The notes under the pieces: model-generated
Told to the model about the DNA's origin: nothing
What the model saw: the letters and a program-made list of their open reading frames with translations, nothing else
The model's database searches: none
Assembly (NCBI RefSeq): GCF_009914755.1
Contig: NC_060935.1
Source: the human T2T-CHM13v2.0 reference genome, Homo sapiens
Length of the DNA stretch: 64,000 nt
Direction: 5' to 3' (one strand)
Position numbers and translations under genes: made by a program
In this document: positions 51,501 through 64,000 of the stretch, piece after piece
How the letters are laid out: every line of letters starts with the position of its first letter
Position numbering within the stretch: the stretch's first letter is position 1

Positions 51501-52975
51501 AATTTTTTAATAGATGCTCTTCATCAGGTTAAGAACATTCCCTTTGATATCTAATTTGCTGAGAGTGTTTTTTTTTATCATTATGGATTAATATGAGAAC
51601 TTTTGTGGAAGCTAAATGATGAGAATACATGGACACACAGAGGGGAACAACACACACTGGGGCTTATTGGAGGGTGGAAGGTGGGAGGATAGAGAGAATC
51701 AGGAAAAATAACTAATGGATACTAGGTTTAATACCCAAGTGATGAAATAATCTATACAACAAACCCCCATGACACACAGTTATCTATGTAACAAACCTGC
51801 ACATCCTGCACTTGTACCCCTGAACTTTAAAGTTAAAAAAAGAAAAAAAGGAAAAATTTCCAAGTGTTTTCCCTGCATCTATTTATATAGTCATATTTTT
51901 TTTCTTTGGTTTGTTAATATGGTAAATTAATTGATTTAAAAATGTTGAAACAGCCTTGCATTTTCAGGACAAACTCCCCTTGGTTGTGATGTATTATTCT
52001 TTTTATATACTGCAGAAATCTACTTGCTAATAAATTTGTGGAAGAATATTTTGAGTTTATGTTCAAGGAGAGCATTAGTTTGTGCTTTTAATATTTTTGC
52101 TTTTAGGGTGTTAGGGTAGTGCTAGCCTCATAAAATTAGTTGGGAAGTATTCTCTTCTCTTGTTTTCAGGAAGATATTTTTTAGAATTGGTATTACTTCT
52201 TCCTTAAATGTTTGTAATAATTTACCAGTTAAGCCTCCTGGGCCTGGATTTTCCTTGTAGAAAAGTTTTCAACTATATATTAAATGTATTTAAAGCATAT
52301 ATAGGACCATTTTTATAATACCATTTAGGTTTTCCTTCCTGAGTGAGTTTTGGTAGTTTATGCCTTTCAAGGGATAGATTCATTTTTATCTAAGTTGATG
52401 ACTTTATGGGCAGAATTATTCATAGTATTCCTTTATTATTGTTACTGTCTGTAGGGTCTGCAGTAATACCTTCTCTTTCATTAATGATATTGGTAGTTTG
52501 TCTTATTTTTCTTTTTTTCTTGGTCATTCTGGCTAGAGGATATTATTTAATTATCTTTACAAAGATCAAGCTTTTGGTTTCATTGCTTTTCTTTGTTTTC
52601 TCTTTGTAATGTTATTGATTTCTGCTTTTATTATTATTATTCCTTTCTTCTTTTTTCTTTGGTTATTATATAAAAGTCTTTTTCCATTTTCTTAGGGGGA
52701 AAGCTTAGGTTGTTGATTTGAAACCTTTCTTTCTTTCCCTTAATATAAGTATTTAAAGTTATAAATTTCCTTCAAAGCATTGTTTTAACTATAAATTTTG
52801 TTATGTTACATTTTAATTTTTATTCAAGTCAAAATCTTTTCTAATTTATTTGAGAAATTTTTTTAATACATTGGTTTTTTAGAAATCTATCCTTAATTTC
52901 CAAATATTGCAGAAGTTTTCAATTTTCTGTCTTTGATTTACATTTTAATTCTGTGCATGATTTCAATTTTAAATA
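48520..52975 (-). mobile_element. Old L1M element(s) interrupted by nested insertions
   Basis: T-rich antisense L1 3'UTR/ORF2 remnants. Nested MLT1 LTRs at 48993-49401 and about 50943-51471, and an L1PA 3' end (+) at about 51600-51850. Confidence 0.75.
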
Positions 52976-52984
52976 TATATATAT

Positions 52985-57750
<4,766 letters not shown>

Positions 57751-57941
57751 ATTAGATTATCTTTTTATTAAAGAGTTATGAGAGTTCTTTATATATTTTG
57801 GATACTAAACTATTAAATAAATGATTTGCAAAGTTTTTCCCATTCCGTGGGCTATTTTTTTGCCCTCTTTTAAAGCACAAAGGTTTCAATACTGATGAAG
57901 TTTACTTTATGTATATTTATTTACTTATATATATTTTTTGA

Positions 57942-58278
<337 letters not shown>

Positions 58279-60811
58279 AATCCATTGACTAATTTAAAGC
58301 CACAAAGATTTATCTATGTTTTCTTCTAAGAGCGTCATAGTTTTAGCTCTTACATTTAGATCTCTGATCCATTTTGAATTGATTTTTGTATACAGAGTGA
58401 GGTAGGGGTACAAATTCTTTTGTTTTTCATGTGGAAATCCATTTGTCCCAGCACAACTTACTGAAAATATGATTCTTTCCTGCATTGAATTGTCATGGAA
58501 TCTTTGTTGAAAATCAGTTGACCATAGATGGTTAGGTTTATTTCTGGACTCTCAATTTAGGTATTATTTCAATGATATGTATATCGATCTTTTGGCATTA
58601 ATACACATTTTAAAGAATACTGTAACATTGCAGTAAGTTTTGAAGTTGGGAAGTGTGAGTTCTCCAAGTTTACTTATTTTTCAAAATTATCTTGGCTATC
58701 CTGGATTTCTTGCATTTTTGTATTAATTTTAGGATAAGCTTGTCTGTTTCTGCAAAAGGGTAGCTAGAATTTTGATAGGGATTGTGTTGAATACATAGGT
58801 CAGTTTAAGGAGTATTGCCATCTTAACAATATTACATTGTCCAATTCGTGAACACAGGATGTCTCATTCATATCATGAATTGTTTTTCTGATTTCATTCT
58901 GCTTTCATTGAATTGCCTGTCTGTATTTTATTGTATCTTGTTGAGTACCCTTAAGATAATTATTTTGAGTTTCTTTTTCAGCAATTTGTTGATTTTTTTT
59001 TCATTGAGGTCTGTTACTAGGGAATGATTATATTCATTCAGTGGTGTCATATTTCCTTGCTTTTTCATTTTGTTGTTGTTGTGGTGGTGGTGGTGTGTGT
59101 ATGTGTGTGTGTCCCCACATTGATGTCTGTGTATGTGGTGGAACAACTGCCTGTTTCAAACTTTCTAGAGTGTCTTTCACAGAGAAGAGCTTTCACCTAC
59201 AGTTGGATCTTTGTGTGCAATTTGGAAGGATGTGGTGACTATTTCCAGGTGAGTGCAAAGGTATAGTCTTAGTGCAGCTTCTTTGGCTGCATTCAGCATC
59301 GGCAGTAACTGTGAGTGCCTCAGTGGCTTAGGCTATAAAAGTTTGTTGTATCTGAGGTGGCAGCATAGGTTGTTAACATCCTCAGGGACAAGGGATTTTG
59401 AGGTCCTCCTATTCTTGTTTTTCCTACAATGGGAAAAACATAGGTGACAGGATCCCTTGTGGTGTCAGGTCTGACATGTCCTATAAGCTGCTGCAGTGGT
59501 GCTGGATTCCAGGTACAGGTGCTCAGATTGGCTGTGAGGCTAGGGTCATAGGCTCAGTGTCTCCCAAACCTCTTGTGGCATCTGGATCTTAGGGTGCAAG
59601 TTCACTCTCTGTGGATACATGTTGCTCATAGAACCAGGATCTTAGGCCCTGAGGCAACTCCTAGCAACTCTGGTCTAAGAGATAAGGTTGTAGCTGTAAG
59701 TTTACCCTTAGGGGGCAGGGCACAGACCAGGCCCAACTCTAGGAAAGAAGGTGTGCTCTAGAGGCTTGAGCCCAAGGCAAATGGTACAGCTGCCATGCAG
59801 GAGCCTGAACCAATAAGGTTCAGTGACAACTCAGCTCCCTGGGGATGAAACACCATATAGTGGTGATTCTGTACTCTGGGGATGGTAGGGCTTGGTAGTA
59901 TCCCTGACTCTGTGAAGCCAGATGCACTGGCAGCAAGTACCCCAGAAGGGCCAAGCAAAGCTGTTATTTTGGCCTTAGGAGACAGGGAAAAGCACAGCAA
60001 TGACTGTACTCTCCAGGGAGAGGGGTGTCTCAGCAGCTCAGACTCTAGGGAAGTAATCCAGTTCCATTACTAGAGTTGTTTGGCCTGTAGGGTGAGGTGT
60101 CTCAGCTCAGTCATTGCTCTGTTTCCCTGCAATGCAGAGTGCTATACCAGCTCAGTTTTGGACTACACAGCTGCTCAGCTTGACAAAGACACCAATTCCC
60201 CAGGGGACGAAGTGCCACTTCAGCTCAGGCCCTGGGGCCTTGAGTGTTCTAGGCAGCCCAGGCACCATTTTTCTGTTATGTAGGGCTCCATCAAAGCACT
60301 ATGTCCCTGGCAGATAATGTGTAGTTTTAGTTTAGGCCCTAGAGGCAGGGTGCAGCCACTGTTGACAGAGGTAGATGAAGCTGTTCTGTCAAAGCATCAT
60401 TTTCCAGGCGGGAGTGTGCAGCTTCACCTCTTGCCTGAGGTAGCCAGTTTGGGGATGTGGGGGTAGGTGGAGCAGTTTCATCACTGCTTGGTACCACCAA
60501 GAAGAGTGTGACAGTTGCCTGAAGCTTGGTTTGGGGATGCTGAGCCATCAGGTATGGGTGGTTTAGTTGTAGTTTAGGCTCAGGGATAAGGGGTGCTGTG
60601 GCTACTCACCGCCAGAGCAATATATACTCCAGCATTAGTTCCCTTTTCAAAATGACATAGGGCAGTAGCTGCATGGGCCACAGGGGCAAGGCACAGTGTC
60701 AGCTCTTTCTAGGGGGAGTACAGCCGTGTGGACTCTAGGTAGATAGCTCCCTCCGGCAGGCTTAGTGTCTGTGAGGACTGCAGGAGACCCCAGTGGACTG
60801 TAGCTATCTGA

Positions 60812-61246
<435 letters not shown>

Positions 61247-61611
61247 ATTTCCTTCCATTCTTTATATGGCTATCCTGAGTTTTTGTGCTCAGTAGGGTTT
61301 CTGTTCCTTTTTTGATGTACTCTGGCATTTACCTTTTGTTATTTTTGTTAAAAGGTAGTTTTTTATTTATTGTTTTGGCTGTCTTTTTTGGAGGAATGAG
61401 TGCTAGTGGCACCTAGTTGGCCATCTTGCTGACATCATCTCCAGGATGTCTTTTTACCAGTTAGATTTTCTTTATTTTTATATTTTTAGTTCCTCAGCAT
61501 TTGTTTGGGAAAGTCTCTATTTCTCCTGCATGTTTGAAGGAGATTTTCACTGCATATAATGTTCTTGGATAAACAATTTTTTTCCTTCAGTACTTTATTT
61601 ATTATTTTTTT

Positions 61612-62828
61612 AAAATAAAAAGTATAAACTTTATTTCTCAACATAAGCTCCATGAAAGGCAAGAGACTTGGTAGGCCATGATTCCAGCCATTTAGTCCAT
61701 CCTCAAGAACTGAGGGTCCTGAGAATTTAACCATGTCAATGAAGTCTTTTTTTACATTATTAACTGAAAAAAATAGTGCTCTTTAAAGACGTTTTTAAGG
61801 TTAGAGAAGAAAAATAAGTCAGAAGGAGCCAAATCAGGATTGCAAGGTGGATACCTAATGATTTCCCAGCAAAATTCTCACAAAATTGTCCTTGTTTGAT
61901 GACAGGAGTGAGGAAGAGCATTGTCATGGTAGAGACGGACTTTGTGGTGAAGCTCTTGTGGGTGTTTTTCAGCTGAAGTTTTGACTAACTTCCTTAAAAC
62001 ACTCTTGTAATGAGCAGATGTTCTTGTTCTTTCACCCTCCAGAAATCAATGAGCAAAATGCCTTGAGCATCGCCAAAAGCTATTGCCATGATCTTTGCCC
62101 TTGACTGGTCCACATGTGCCTTGACTAGCCCACTTCCAATTCTTGGTAGCCATTGCTTTGATTGTGTTTGTCTTCAGGATCATACTGGTAAAGCCATGTT
62201 TCATCTCCTGTTACAATTCTTTAAAAAATGCTTCAGGATTTTGATCCCACTTGCTTAAAATTTCCATCGAAAGCTCCGCTCCTGTCTGCAGCTGATTTGG
62301 GCACAATGGTTTTGGCACTCATTTAGTGAAAAGTGTGCTTAACTTCAATATTTTATTCAGCATCATATAAGCTGAACCAATTGAGATTTCCATGGTATTG
62401 GCTATTGTTTCTGCTGTTAATCATTGGTCCTTTTCAATTAGGGCACTGATAAAATTAATTTTTTCCTCACAAATTGATGTGGATGGCCTGCCACTGAGGG
62501 CTTCATCTTCAACATTGTCCTTTCCCTACTTAAAACAAGTTATCAGTTTGTAAACTGCTGATTTCTTTGGGGACATTGTTCCCATAAGCTTTTCGTAAAG
62601 CAACAGTGATTTCACCTTTCTTCCATCCAAGTTTCACCATAAATTTGATATTAGTTCTTGCTTCAATTTTAGCAGAACTCATATTTCTCTTACAGGGGCT
62701 CTTTTCAAACTGATGTCTTATCCTTCCTTTATGCCTCGAACTAGATCCTGTTCAGACATGTCACAACAAATGAGTACAAGTTTATTTTAGTGCAAAAATT
62801 TTTGAAGTTGATGTGTAGTTTTTTTTTT
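61612..62828 (-). mobile_element. Hsmar2 mariner, near-complete degenerate transposase, no terminal inverted repeats
   Basis: Minus strand from ATG at 62682 reads MSSAKIEARTNIKFMVKLGWK, then IVTGDETW (about 62200), HDNA, and GAYVEK stop at 61631. Frameshifted. Confidence 0.9.
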
Positions 62829-62855
62829 GGTTGTTTAAAAATTCAAGTTTATTTC

Positions 62856-63335
62856 TTTTTTTTTTTTTTAAACTTTTATTTTATGTTCAGGGGTACCTGT
62901 GAAGATTTGTTACATAGGTAAATTCATGTCATGGGGGTTTGTTGTACAGATTATTTAGTCACCCAGGAAGTAAGCCCGGTACCCAATAATTATCTTTTCT
63001 GCTCCTCTCCCCTCTTCCACCCTTTACCCTCAAATAGACTCAAGTATCTGTTGTTTTCTTCTTTGTGTTAATAAGTTATCATCATTTAGCTCCCATTTAT
63101 AAATGAGAACATGTGGTACTTGGTTTTCTGTTCCCATGTTAGTTTGCTGCAGCTCTATCCATATTCCCACAAAAGACATGATTTCATTCTTTTTATGCCT
63201 GCATACTATTCCATAGTGTATATGTACTACATTTTCTTTATCCAGTTTGTCACTGATGGGCATTAAGTTGATTTCATGCCTTTGCTATTGTGTATAGTGC
63301 CAAAATGAACATTCATGTGCATGTGTCTTTGTGAT
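62856..63335 (-). mobile_element. Older L1PA 3' end
   Basis: Poly-T, then ttgttacataggtaaa...ggggtttgttgtacagattattt...gagaacatgtggtacttggttttctgttc. Confidence 0.8.
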
Positions 63336-63846
63336 AGAGTGATGAAGTATGTCATGTCACTCTCTTCTGGCCTGTAAGGTTTCCACTGAGAGGTCTGCCA
63401 GATGTATTGGGACTCCTTTGTATATTATTTGTTTCCTTTCTCTTGCCACTTTTAGGACCCTTTCTTTATCCTTGATCTTTGGGAGTTTGTTTGTTAAATG
63501 TCTTGAGATATTCTTTTTTGGGTTAAATATACTTGGTGTTCTATACCCTTCTTGTACTTGAATATTGACAACTTTTTCAGTATTGGGAGGTTTGGGAAGT
63601 TCTCTGATATTTTCCCTTTGAATAAATTTTCTACACCAACCTCTCTCTCTCTACTCCCTCTTTAAGACCAATAACTCTTAGATTTGCCCCTTTGAGACCA
63701 TCTTCTAGATCTTATAGTTTTGTTTCATACTTTTTAATTATTTTTTCTTTTGTCTCCTCTGACTGTATATTTTCAAATAGCCTGTCTTCAAGCTCACTAA
63801 TTCTTTCTTCTGCTTGGCCAGTTCTGCTGTTAAGAGATTCTGATGC

Positions 63847-64000
63847 GGAAGGGGAACATCACACACCGGGGACTGTTGTGGGGTGGGGGGAGGGGGGAGG
63901 GATAGCATTAGGAGATATACCTAATGCTAAATGACGAGTTAATGGGTGCAGCACACCAACATGGCACATGTATACATATGTAACAAACCTGCACGTTGTG
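63847..64000 (+). mobile_element. Young L1PA (PA3/PA4-like) 3' end, 5'-truncated, runs off the window
   Basis: ggggaacatcacacaccggggactgttgtggggtggggggaggggggagggatagcattaggagatatacctaatgctaaatgacgag. Confidence 0.85.

Noticed and set aside
59070-59112. His/Asn-run or Val/Cys-run peptides
   Set aside because: Translation of a compound (TTG)(GTG)(TG) microsatellite.

Overview
Primate, most likely human, genomic DNA. The one host gene is CALCB (beta-CGRP) on the + strand at about 41.96-47.0 kb. It has a CpG-island promoter, a non-coding exon 1, three coding exons that give a 127-aa preprohormone, and a 3'UTR exon. Between coding exons 2 and 3 lies a dead calcitonin-like exon with a still-readable 32-residue fossil peptide. 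About 3 kb upstream is a two-LTR HERV-K (HML-8/HERVK11, MER11 LTRs) provirus on the - strand at 31322-38905, with several internal deletions and a duplicated gag matrix segment. The rest is repeat-rich intergenic DNA: Alu, L1, L2, MIR, MaLR, a MER52 solo LTR, Tigger/MER DNA elements and an Hsmar2 mariner. Most notable: (1) the fossil calcitonin looks more like pig/dog calcitonin than human calcitonin, and has kept its splicing-silencer context while apparently losing its poly(A) signal; (2) a ~99%-identical template-switch mosaic duplication at 4488-5005; (3) an Hsmar2 copy without terminal repeats that looks polyadenylated and retroposed; (4) a deleted, possibly non-autonomous HML-8 provirus next to the CALCB enhancer. 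I see no evidence of a wholly new protein-coding system. Repeat family names and comparisons with CALCA or other species come from recalled sequences, and the boundaries of old repeats are approximate.
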